DNA of 64,000 bases from contig OZ241899.1 in assembly GCA_965203545.1 (NCBI GenBank), positions 1,358,291 to 1,422,290 of the forward strand, given 5' to 3'. Source of the stretch: Tepidiformaceae bacterium. GTDB taxonomy: Bacteria; Chloroflexota; Dehalococcoidia; Tepidiformales; Tepidiformaceae. Both the position numbers and the translations under genes were made by a program. Shown one piece after another: positions 32,251 to 40,674 of this stretch. The notes below the pieces were generated by a model. That model was not told the DNA's origin. It ran no database searches and was given only the letters and a program-made list of their open reading frames with translations. Each line of letters begins with the position of its first letter. Position 1 is the first letter of the stretch.

Positions 32251-34164
32251 CTAGCCGGCGATCCACATGTTCTGGGCGCGCCGGTAGCCCATCGACGCGT
32301 TGTTGGCGATGTCGGGCACGGGTGGGACGTTCTGCAGACGCGCGCCCATGGCGTAGTACTGGACGGAGGCCACGGGCAGCGGCAGGACGCAGCAGAAGTT
32401 CGTGAAGATATACCGCTGCATGTCCTGGAGGATTGCCTTGCGCTCCTCCGGATCGACGGTCGCGCCCTGGAGGTCGTAGCGCCCCTGGAGCTCGCTCCCG
32501 ATCTCGTCCGTGACCGCGATGATGTCGTCCTCATAGAACGCCGAGAGCACGTGATCGAAGGTATAGAGACCGCCGAAAATGGCGCCGTACCCGTTGGGCA
32601 CGTAGTGGGTGAGCGCGTTGTAGTCGGGAATGGTGGAGAGCGAGTTCTCGCCCGCGATGAAGTAGTGCCAGATCTTCTCGCTCGGTGGCGCCGTCGCGAT
32701 CGCCACGTAGGTGGCGAGGTCGGCGGGCTCAAGCTGGGTGGGAACGCCGAGGTTCTCCTCGATGCTCTGGGCGATGAACTCGATATGGCGAGTGCTCGTG
32801 CCGAAGGTCGCGATGACAGTCACGAACCCGTCGGGGAAGACATCGTCGCCGCCGCCCTGGGCCCAGAGCTGGCGGGCCCGCTCGGGGTCAAACTGCTGGA
32901 GCTCCCGGATCTCGTCCTGTGGAAGCACCTGCGAAAACGCCGGGCCGACGGGAGCACCGCGGATGCCCTCGCCGTCGAGGACGACATCGATGTAGCCCTC
33001 CCAGTCGATCGAGAGCGACAACGCCTCGCGGAGGAGCGGGTGCTGCGCCCACTTGAAGGCGTCAAGCTCCATGATGGCGTGGTCGTTGGCGGGGCCGGAG
33101 ATGACCTGGACGTTCTGCTCGCCTTCGAACAGCTCCGCCTGGATCTTGTCAATGCTCCCGAGGACATCGGCGTCACCCGCCAGCAGGCGCGCCTCGCGGG
33201 AGGCCTGGTCGACGATGATGGCGTCCTCCCAGCGGTCGATGTAGGGCACTTCGTCTGTGAAGCGACCGCGGGAAGTGGAGTGGCCCCGGTAGTTGGGGTT
33301 GCGTACGTACGTATTTCCCGTCTCGTCGATGTTCTCGAACATGTACGCGCCGGCGCCGGCGTTCGGGACATCGTGGAGACCACCGCCGGCGGCCTCGACC
33401 GCCTCGCGGTTGACGATGGCCATGGCGCTTGACCCGAGCGACGGGATGGCGGAGGCCCAGGGGAAGGCGAGGTTGATGGTCAGGGTCTGTGCGTCGGGGG
33501 TATCGAAGGAAGCCCCACGATCAACACCCATCCAGCCCCACTGCAGCTGGTTCACCTCGGAACCGAAGTCGGAAAGGCTGGACGGGAAGCGGCTGTAGCT
33601 GAAGGCCACGTCCTCGGAGGTCAGATCGCGACCACCGGCAGCGTTGGGGTTGAACTTCAGGCCATCCTCAAGACTGAAGACGAGCGTCGTGCCGTCGGGC
33701 TGCTCCCAGCCGTTGGCGGCATCTCCCCAGGCCTCCTCCTCGACAAGCGAGTAGCCGAGCAGGTGGTTGTAGGTGAGCGCCGTCCAGGTCGGGTCGGTGA
33801 CGGTGACCGAGGGGTCGAGCGTCGTGTTCTGGGCCGACTTCTGGTGCTGGAACGTTCCGCCCCGCTGGACCGGGTCGGCAGCCTCGGTGGCCTCAGCCTC
33901 GGCAGCCTGGGCGGCCTCGGTGGCCTCAGCCTCGGCGGCCTGGGCGGCCTCGGTCGCTTCAGCCTCGGCGGCCTGCTCAGCCGCCTCGGTCGCGCGCGCC
34001 GCCTGCGTCGCCGCAGGAGCGGCGGCATCGTCGTCATCGTCATCGTCTCCGCAGCCAACAGCTACGAGGGCGGCGGCGCCGGCGCCAACGGCCGCGCCTC
34101 CCGCAAGGACTCGCCGGCGTGAGACGCGCCGGCGCCAATACTTCCCCCAATACCCTTCAGCCAT
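32251..34164 (-). CDS. ABC transporter substrate-binding protein, family 5 (peptide/nickel type), Tat-signal lipoprotein, paralog 1
   Basis: MAEGYWGKYWRRRVSRRRVLAGG...LVAVGCGDDDDDDD (twin-Arg plus lipobox), then a low-complexity linker, then an SBP_bac_5-like body. AGGAGG lies 6 nt upstream. Confidence 0.9.
   Translation of the reverse strand: MAEGYWGKYWRRRVSRRRVLAGGAAVGAGAAALVAVGCGDDDDDDDAAAPAATQAARATEAAEQAAEAEATEAAQAAEAEATEAAQAAEAEATEAADPVQRGGTFQHQKSAQNTTLDPSVTVTDPTWTALTYNHLLGYSLVEEEAWGDAANGWEQPDGTTLVFSLEDGLKFNPNAAGGRDLTSEDVAFSYSRFPSSLSDFGSEVNQLQWGWMGVDRGASFDTPDAQTLTINLAFPWASAIPSLGSSAMAIVNREAVEAAGGGLHDVPNAGAGAYMFENIDETGNTYVRNPNYRGHSTSRGRFTDEVPYIDRWEDAIIVDQASREARLLAGDADVLGSIDKIQAELFEGEQNVQVISGPANDHAIMELDAFKWAQHPLLREALSLSIDWEGYIDVVLDGEGIRGAPVGPAFSQVLPQDEIRELQQFDPERARQLWAQGGGDDVFPDGFVTVIATFGTSTRHIEFIAQSIEENLGVPTQLEPADLATYVAIATAPPSEKIWHYFIAGENSLSTIPDYNALTHYVPNGYGAIFGGLYTFDHVLSAFYEDDIIAVTDEIGSELQGRYDLQGATVDPEERKAILQDMQRYIFTNFCCVLPLPVASVQYYAMGARLQNVPPVPDIANNASMGYRRAQNMWIAG
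33881..33979. repeat. 33-bp tandem repeat, about 3 units, in the linker of binding protein 1 (encodes AEAEATEAAQA-type repeats)
   Basis: Units 33881-33913 and 33914-33946 differ at 1 nt. The third unit (33947-33979) is degenerate. Confidence 0.9.
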
Positions 34165-34190
34165 GTCTTTCCTCCTGGCCCTTGTATTAC

Positions 34191-34204
34191 GGGCCGATCG
34201 GCCC
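34191..34204. repeat. Perfect 14-bp palindrome GGGCCGATCGGCCC between the two binding-protein genes
   Basis: Read directly. It lies about 27 nt upstream of the paralog-1 start codon and about 65 nt downstream of the paralog-2 stop. Confidence 0.9.
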
Positions 34205-34268
34205 ATTCATAACGGAAGCCCATGCGCCTTTCAATAGCGCAAATGGCCGGATTCAAACCCTCCCGCCG

Positions 34269-36173
34269 TCAGGCGTCGGAGAGCCACATGTTCTGGGCGC
34301 GCCGGTAGCCCATGGAGCCGTTATCGCGGAAGTCCGGGGGCAGCGGCGCATTCTGGACGCGGGTGCGGAGAGCGTGCTGCTCCGTGGCCTCCACGGGGAC
34401 GGGGAAGGTGCAGCAGTACTGCGTGAAGATGAGGCGCTGCAACTGGTGCAGCAGGGCGGTGCGCTGCTCGGGGTCGTGGGTCACGGACTGGGCGTTGTAG
34501 AGGTCCTGGATGGGCTTGCCGATGTCGTGCGTGATGTCGATGACCTCGGGCGGGATGAGCGGCGCCTGCGGATGCTCGTGGATGAAGAGGCCGAAGGCCC
34601 CGCCGTAGCCCAACGGCACGTAGTGGGTGAGGGCGTTGTAGTCGGGGATGGTCGAGAGGGTGTTCTCGGTGACGAGGGCGAAGTGCCAGATCTTCGAGCC
34701 CGGCGGGGCCGTGAGGCTGGAGACGTAGGTGGCGAGATCCACCGGCATCATCGTCACGCCGACGCCGAGGTTCTCCTCGATGCTCTGGGAGATGAACTCG
34801 GTTCCACGCGTGTTCGCGAAGGTGGCGAGGAGGGTGGTGAGACCGTCGGGGAAGACCTGGTCGCCGCCGCCCTGCTCCCACAGCTGGCGGGCGCGCTCGG
34901 GATCGAACTGCTGGAGCTGGCGGATCTCGTCCTGGGAGAGGACCTGGGGGAAGCGGGGGCCGACGGGCGCCCCGCGGATGCCGTCGCCGTCGTGGACGAT
35001 GTCGATGTAGCCGTCCCAGTCGATGGAAAGTGAGAGGGCTTCGCGCAGTTGCGGGAAGCGCGCCCACTTGAGGGCATCGAGGGCCATGACGAGGTGGGTG
35101 TTGGTGGGGCCGGTGATGATGTTGACGCCGTCCTGGCCGCGGAGCTCTTCGGCCTTGATGGCGTCGATGCCGCCGACGACGCCGGTGAGGATGTCCGAGT
35201 CGCCGGCGAGGAAGCGGGCCTCGGCGGTGGCGGAATCGGTGATGAGAGCGTCCTCCCAGGCATCGATGTAGGGCGGGTCCTTGGTGAAGCGCCCGCGGGC
35301 GGTGGTATGGCCGGCGTAGTTGGGGTTGCGCATGTAGGAGTTGAAGCCATCGAGCCCGCGGGACTCGAACATGTAGGCCCCGCCGCCGGCATTGACGGTG
35401 TCGGTGAGGTTGCCGCCGTTCGCCTCGACGACCTCGGGAGCGACGATGGCGAGGGAGGTGGAGGCGAGCGTGGGGATGGCGGAGACCCACGGGTAGGCCA
35501 TCTTCAGGGCGAAGGTGGAGTCGTCGGGCGTGTCGAACCCGGCCATGAAGGAGAACTGCATGGGGTTGACCTCGGAGGCGAGGTCGGTGAAGGCGGCGGG
35601 GAGGCGCGCGTAGCTGTAGGCGATGTCGCTGGACGTGATCGGGCGTCCGCCCGCGGCCTCGGGGTTGAAGCGGAGGTTGGGCTCGAGGTTGAAGACGATC
35701 GTGAAGGGGTCGGGCTGCTCCCAGCTCTGGGCCGCATCTCCCCAGGCCTCGTCCTCGATGAGGGAGTAGCCGAGGAGGTGGTTGTAGGTGACGGCCGCCC
35801 ACTGGTAGCCCGTGATGGTGATGGCGGGGTCGTAGCCCGTTTCGGCGAAGGCGCGCTGCGCCTTGAAGGTGCCACCCGACCTGGGGCCGGTAGCGGCGGC
35901 CTGCGTCGCGGCTTCGGTGGCAGCGGCCTCCGTGGCGGCGGCCGCTTCGGTCGCGGCGGCCTCAGTAGCAGCGGCCTCGTCCGGCTCGTCGGCAGCAGCC
36001 TCAGTCGCGGCGGCCGTGGCAGCGGGCGCAGGCGCCTCATCGTCGTCGTCGTCGTCGCCGCAGCCAACGGCCACGAGGCCGGCTGTTCCGGCAGCGACCG
36101 CGGCGCTTCCGGCGAGGATCCGGCGGCGCGAGATGCGCCTTCGCCAGTACTTGCCCCAATACCCTTCAGCCAT
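34269..36173 (-). CDS. ABC transporter substrate-binding protein, family 5, Tat-signal lipoprotein, paralog 2
   Basis: MAEGYWGKYWRRRISRRRILAGS...LVAVGCGDDDDDDE. Collinear with paralog 1 throughout. Confidence 0.9.
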   Translation of the reverse strand: MAEGYWGKYWRRRISRRRILAGSAAVAAGTAGLVAVGCGDDDDDDEAPAPAATAAATEAAADEPDEAAATEAAATEAAAATEAAATEAATQAAATGPRSGGTFKAQRAFAETGYDPAITITGYQWAAVTYNHLLGYSLIEDEAWGDAAQSWEQPDPFTIVFNLEPNLRFNPEAAGGRPITSSDIAYSYARLPAAFTDLASEVNPMQFSFMAGFDTPDDSTFALKMAYPWVSAIPTLASTSLAIVAPEVVEANGGNLTDTVNAGGGAYMFESRGLDGFNSYMRNPNYAGHTTARGRFTKDPPYIDAWEDALITDSATAEARFLAGDSDILTGVVGGIDAIKAEELRGQDGVNIITGPTNTHLVMALDALKWARFPQLREALSLSIDWDGYIDIVHDGDGIRGAPVGPRFPQVLSQDEIRQLQQFDPERARQLWEQGGGDQVFPDGLTTLLATFANTRGTEFISQSIEENLGVGVTMMPVDLATYVSSLTAPPGSKIWHFALVTENTLSTIPDYNALTHYVPLGYGGAFGLFIHEHPQAPLIPPEVIDITHDIGKPIQDLYNAQSVTHDPEQRTALLHQLQRLIFTQYCCTFPVPVEATEQHALRTRVQNAPLPPDFRDNGSMGYRRAQNMWLSDA

Positions 36174-36363
36174 TTTGTTCCCCTTCTCTCTATAGCTGGC
36201 CGTCATTCCGGCCACTTACTCATTTGCGTCATTCTAGGCCCGGCGTCAACAAGCCCGGGTTAGGGCGCGTGGCGGTAGGGAAGGGGTACGGCTATGCTTG
36301 ACCTTCGCTCTAGCAGACAAGGAATACCGGCGAGGCCGGCGATTCCGAGGAGAGGCCCAGGAC

Positions 36364-37533
36364 ATGGACTTTCGAGACAGCCCGGCTCAGGCCGAGTGGC
36401 GCATCCAGGTGCGGGATTTCCTGCGCGACTACTGCCCCCAGGAGATCCGGGGCAAGTTCCCGATGGGGCGGCCCGAAGAAGAAAAGCCCCTCTGGGAAGC
36501 GTGGCGCGTAGCGCTGGCGGAGCGCGGCTGGATCGCGCCGGCGTGGCCGGCGGCGTACGGCGGCGCGGGCATGAAGCCGATGGACCAGTTCATTCTCAGC
36601 CAGGAGTTCGCCGAGGCCGGCGCCCCCAGGCTGGGTGGCCTGGGCCTGATGATGCTGGGGCCGACGCTCATCGAGCACGGCACCGAGGAGCAGAAGCAGC
36701 AGCACATTCCGGGCATCCTGAGCGGCGAGGTGGAGTGGTGCCAGGGCTACAGCGAGCCCGGCTCGGGCTCGGATCTGGCCTCCCTGCAGACGCGGGCCGT
36801 GCGCGACGGGGACGACTATGTGATCAACGGCCAGAAGATCTGGACGTCGCTGGCGCATCGCGCGCACTGGATGTTCATGCTGGCGCGCACGGACCCGGAC
36901 GCTCCCAAGCACCGGGGCATCACGTACTTCCTGCTCGACATGAAGACGCCGGGCATCACCGTGCGGCCACTCGTGAACATGACGGGGGGCCACGACTTCA
37001 ACGAGGTGTTCTTCGAGGACGTGCGCGTCCCGACGCGGAACATCATGGGTGAGGTGAACCGCGGCTGGTACGTGGGCACGACGACGCTGGACTTCGAGCG
37101 TTCCTCGATTGGGACGCCGATCGGGCTGCGCCAGGCCGTCGAACGGAACCTGAGTTGGCTGCGCGAGCACAAGGACGAGATTCCGCAGACGACGTACGAG
37201 GCCAACCGCTTCGAGTGGGCGGAGCGCTTCATCGAGGTGCAGACGGCCACGATGCTGGCCTACCGCATCATCTCGATGCAGGACGCGGGCGAGATTCCGA
37301 ACGCGGAATCCTCGATCGCGAAGCTGTTCACGACGGAGCTGAGCCAGCGCATCGCGCGCACGGCCTCCCACATGGTGGGCATGTGGGGCGACATCTCGGA
37401 CGAGAGCGCGCCCTTGCGAGGCACGCCGGGCGTCGGCTACGTGAACCAGGTTCGCGAGACGATCGCGGGCGGCACAAGCGAGATCCAGCGGAACATCATC
37501 GCGACGCGCGGCCTCGGGCTGCCACGCGCCTAA
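36364..37533 (+). CDS. Acyl-CoA dehydrogenase
   Basis: MDFRDSPAQAEWR..., WCQGYSEPGSGSDLASL, TGGHDFNEVFFEDVRVP and IAGGTSEIQRNII. GAGGAGAGG lies upstream of the ATG at 36364. Confidence 0.9.
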   Translation: MDFRDSPAQAEWRIQVRDFLRDYCPQEIRGKFPMGRPEEEKPLWEAWRVALAERGWIAPAWPAAYGGAGMKPMDQFILSQEFAEAGAPRLGGLGLMMLGPTLIEHGTEEQKQQHIPGILSGEVEWCQGYSEPGSGSDLASLQTRAVRDGDDYVINGQKIWTSLAHRAHWMFMLARTDPDAPKHRGITYFLLDMKTPGITVRPLVNMTGGHDFNEVFFEDVRVPTRNIMGEVNRGWYVGTTTLDFERSSIGTPIGLRQAVERNLSWLREHKDEIPQTTYEANRFEWAERFIEVQTATMLAYRIISMQDAGEIPNAESSIAKLFTTELSQRIARTASHMVGMWGDISDESAPLRGTPGVGYVNQVRETIAGGTSEIQRNIIATRGLGLPRA

Positions 37534-37564
37534 CCCGCGCCCCAACTGCGAAGGAGCAAGGAAC

Positions 37565-38761
37565 ATGGCCACCGCAACCGAGTCGGAGACGAAAACGCTA
37601 CTGGAGCGCGCGGACGCGATCGCGCCCATCGTGGAGGAAGACCTTGACGAAGCCGAGCGCGAGCGGCGCCTGACGGACCGCGCCTTCGAGGCGATAAAGG
37701 ACGAAGGCCTGCTGGGCGTCTGGGTGCCGGAGTCGTTGGGCGGTCTCGAGTCCACGCCGCGCGAAGGCTTCGAGCTGTTCGAGAAGGTAGCGAAGATTCA
37801 CGGCTCCGCCGCCTGGAACCTCTGGATCTGGTCGACGGGAGCAGCGCTGGGGGCGTCCAGCTCCGAGGAGTCGGTCGCGGAGTCGTACGCAGACGGCCCC
37901 GTGAGCGCGGTCGGGGCGGGGGGCATCTTCCCCTTCAATCCCGCCGAGGTCGTCGAGGGCGGCTACCGCGTGACGGGACGCTGGCCGTTCTGCAGTGGGT
38001 CGAGCCATGCGAAGTGGGTCGGCGGCGGCATCATGGTCACGGAGAACGGCCGGCCGCGGATGACGCCGATGGGCATCCCCGAGATGCGCTTCGTCAGCTT
38101 CCCGCGCGAGGAAGCGGAGATCGTGGACACGTGGCACGTGGTCGGGCTGCGCGCCACGAGCAGCAACGACGTGGCCGTGGAGAACGCATTCGCGCCGGAG
38201 TACCGCACCTCGGCCTTCGGGATGGGGGCACAGCCCGGCAAGCACTTCCAGGGGCCGCTCTATCGCTTCCCCGTGATGGGCATCCTGGGAGCGCCCATCG
38301 GGATCGTCGCGATCGGCATCGCGCAGCGCGCCATCGACGAGTTCATCAAGCTCGCCAAGACGAAAACGGTTCGCACCTCGCAGGCGCGGGTCAGCGACAA
38401 CACCGTCATCCGGAGCGAGGTCGCGAAGGCGCACGCCGCGGTTCAGTCCGCGCGCTCGTGGCTCTACGAGATGGTCGACGAGACCTGGGAGACGGTCCTG
38501 CGAGGCGACGACGTGAGCCTCGATCAGCGGCGGGATCTCTCGCTGGCGGGCACGAACGCGACGCGCAGCGCCGCCTACGCCACGGACCTGATGCACACGG
38601 CGGCGGGTGGCACCTCCGTCTTCCAGACGAGCCCGATCGAGCGCTGCTTCCGGGACGTGCACGCGGCCACGCAGCACGCGGGCACCTCGCCGCGCAACTT
38701 CGAAACGCTGGGCGCGATGCTCGTTGGGGAGATGCCGGACAACCCGCTGCTGTTCGCCTGA
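37565..38761 (+). CDS. ACAD-fold flavoprotein (HsaA/DszC-like flavin-dependent monooxygenase or dehydrogenase)
   Basis: 398 aa. GRWPFCSGSSHAKW and VVGLRATSSNDVAVENAFAPE are patterns typical of this ACAD-like subgroup. Confidence 0.75.
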   Translation: MATATESETKTLLERADAIAPIVEEDLDEAERERRLTDRAFEAIKDEGLLGVWVPESLGGLESTPREGFELFEKVAKIHGSAAWNLWIWSTGAALGASSSEESVAESYADGPVSAVGAGGIFPFNPAEVVEGGYRVTGRWPFCSGSSHAKWVGGGIMVTENGRPRMTPMGIPEMRFVSFPREEAEIVDTWHVVGLRATSSNDVAVENAFAPEYRTSAFGMGAQPGKHFQGPLYRFPVMGILGAPIGIVAIGIAQRAIDEFIKLAKTKTVRTSQARVSDNTVIRSEVAKAHAAVQSARSWLYEMVDETWETVLRGDDVSLDQRRDLSLAGTNATRSAAYATDLMHTAAGGTSVFQTSPIERCFRDVHAATQHAGTSPRNFETLGAMLVGEMPDNPLLFA

Positions 38762-38776
38762 GCAGGCGCGGCGCGC

Positions 38777-39553
38777 TCAGCCGGCGGCGGCAGCCGCGCG
38801 CGTGGGCTCTTTCGCCCACTCGATGCCGCGGCGCAGGATCTCGTAGTACGTGGGCTCGGTCCACGCGCCCAGCTCGGGAACCGGCCACTCGGGCACGCTG
38901 AGTGGCGGATCCTGCATGTCGTACTTCGAGCGGCGGTGGCCGGGCGTGAAGTAGAGGACTTCGCCCTGCCCCACGGGGTGGAGATACATCACGAGGCGGG
39001 GCTCGTCGTTGGGCCAGTCGTGCTCGTAGAACCCGGCGCCGCTGTCCCCGGCGAAGCGCGTCTCCATGAGCGGGATGATGTCGCCGTGGTACTCGCACAG
39101 ATAGAGCTCGTCCTCGCACTGCCAGGGCTCGATGCCGGCCACGAGGGGGTGGTCCTTTGCGGATTCGCTCACGGTGATGGGGTAGGGCTCGATGGCGGGG
39201 TGGGCGAGGAACTGGCTGCCGAGCGTCTCCATGAGGATCGGGTAGTCGCGCGGGCAGTGGACGCCGTCGGCCTGGAAGTCCATGACGGAGTTGGTGCCGT
39301 GGAGGGCGAACCAGCGCTTGCCGCTCGCGACGAAGTCACGCACGACCTCCTGCTGCTCGACGGTGGGGTGCACGTCGCAGGTGTAGCTGATGAGGAAGTC
39401 GGCGGCGGCGATGGCCTCGGTATTGCTGTAGTCCTCGCCGACGCGAACGCGAACGTCGTCGTCCTCGTGGAGGAGCTTGAGGACCTCGAGGCGGGCGAAG
39501 TTGATGTCGTGCCACTTGCCACCCGCGATGAGGTAGGCGTCGATTCTCGGCAT
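38777..39553 (-). CDS. ThuA-domain protein
   Basis: 258 aa. YLIAGGKWHD...FVASGKRWFALHG... resembles ThuA-like amidotransferase-fold proteins. This is the second copy of the fold in the window. Confidence 0.65.
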   Translation of the reverse strand: MPRIDAYLIAGGKWHDINFARLEVLKLLHEDDDVRVRVGEDYSNTEAIAAADFLISYTCDVHPTVEQQEVVRDFVASGKRWFALHGTNSVMDFQADGVHCPRDYPILMETLGSQFLAHPAIEPYPITVSESAKDHPLVAGIEPWQCEDELYLCEYHGDIIPLMETRFAGDSGAGFYEHDWPNDEPRLVMYLHPVGQGEVLYFTPGHRRSKYDMQDPPLSVPEWPVPELGAWTEPTYYEILRRGIEWAKEPTRAAAAAG

Positions 39554-39638
39554 GGCGGCCTCCCGGCGGGGGTGCGTGGCGGAGCGCGAAGAGTCCCGCG
39601 CCGGTCTGCGCCGGCGCGGGACTCCCGCTGTACGTGAA

Positions 39639-40436
39639 CTAGAAGGCGACGCGGCGGGTGAAGCCGCCGTCGACCACGACGTTGGTGCCGGTGGTGTGGC
39701 TGGAAGCCGGGCTGGCGAGGAAGGCGGCCACGTTGGCGACTTCCTGGCCGGTGCCCATCTGGCCGGCGAGCGTGTCGGGCTTGGTCTTGCTGCGCAGGGG
39801 GATGCCGTTCGCGATCATCTCGAAGAACGGCGGCATGGCCTGCTCGATGTTGTGCCAGGGACCACCCTCGAAGTAGGTGGGGCCGGGCGAGACGACGTTG
39901 AAGCGGATGCCCGCGCCGGCGTGCTGCTGGGCGGCGAAGGCCGAGTAGTTCAGCAGCGCGGCCTTCATGGCGCCGTAGGCGCCGGCCGAGGTGGCGGGCG
40001 GCGGCGGGAAGGCCTCGACGGCGGCCGAGGTGCTGATGATGACGACACTGGGGGACTCCGACTCGGTGAGGAACGGGACAGCGGCGTCGACGCCGTTGAC
40101 CGTGCCCATCATGTCGATGGCGAAGTGCTCGTTCCAGAGCGTGCCGCCACCGCCGGCGGAGGCGTTACTGACGAAGATGTCGATGCCGCCGAGCTCAGCG
40201 GCGCTGGCCTCGACCCAGGCCTTGAGGGCGTCGCCGTCGCCGACGTCGCAGGCGGCGCCGCAGACGTTGGTGCCGTGGGCCTTGAGGCCTTCGACGGCGG
40301 ATGCGACGCGGTCGGCAGTGCGGGCGCAGATGGCGACATCGGCGCCTTCGGCGGCGAGGGTGTTCGCGATGAAGTTGCCGATGCCCTGGCTGGCGGCCGT
40401 GACGAGGGCCTTCTTGCCTTGCAGTCCAAGATCCAT
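39639..40436 (-). CDS. Classical SDR oxidoreductase
   Basis: GKKALVTAASQGIGNFIA and YGAMKAA. 265 aa. Confidence 0.9.
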   Translation of the reverse strand: MDLGLQGKKALVTAASQGIGNFIANTLAAEGADVAICARTADRVASAVEGLKAHGTNVCGAACDVGDGDALKAWVEASAAELGGIDIFVSNASAGGGGTLWNEHFAIDMMGTVNGVDAAVPFLTESESPSVVIISTSAAVEAFPPPPATSAGAYGAMKAALLNYSAFAAQQHAGAGIRFNVVSPGPTYFEGGPWHNIEQAMPPFFEMIANGIPLRSKTKPDTLAGQMGTGQEVANVAAFLASPASSHTTGTNVVVDGGFTRRVAF

Positions 40437-40503
40437 GGTGTGGGAACCTCCCTAGTTATTGGGTGCGACCGGGCGGATCCAGAGCCGCGGCCGCCTCGTT
40501 GGC

Positions 40504-40531
40504 AGGGCGCGATTCTAGAGAGTCGCGCCCT
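40504..40531. repeat. 9-bp perfect inverted repeat AGGGCGCGA-N10-TCGCGCCCT in a divergent promoter region
   Basis: Arms at 40504-40512 and 40523-40531. It lies between the SDR start (40436, -) and the E1alpha start (40675, +). Confidence 0.85.
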
Positions 40532-40674
40532 ACACGGAAAGTGCGGGCGGGACGGGGCGGCGCGCCTTTGTCCAGTGGGAGCGGTCCTGTACCATGCTCG
40601 GGCGCTCGGGCGCCTCCGAAGGCGTCCCCATCCCACTGTGCGCGGAGGCGGCCGTGGCCAACAGCAGCCAGGCA

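Noticed and set aside
36216-36363. Promoter assignment for binding-protein paralog 2 / the divergent ACAD gene (TTGACG and TAGAAT-like hexamers, small GGCCG hairpin)
   Set aside because: The hexamers are present, but their spacing (7-10 nt or poor -10 matches) does not fit a sigma-70 promoter. This is too ambiguous to report as a feature.
38758-38780. Inverted repeat CTGAGC-N11-GCTCAG between the convergent ACAD-like and ThuA-like genes, as a terminator
   Set aside because: The 6-bp arms are simply the two stop codons with flanking bases (cTGAgc / gcTCAg). The stem is short, there is no U-tract, and similar stop-derived symmetry occurs at 15033-15043.
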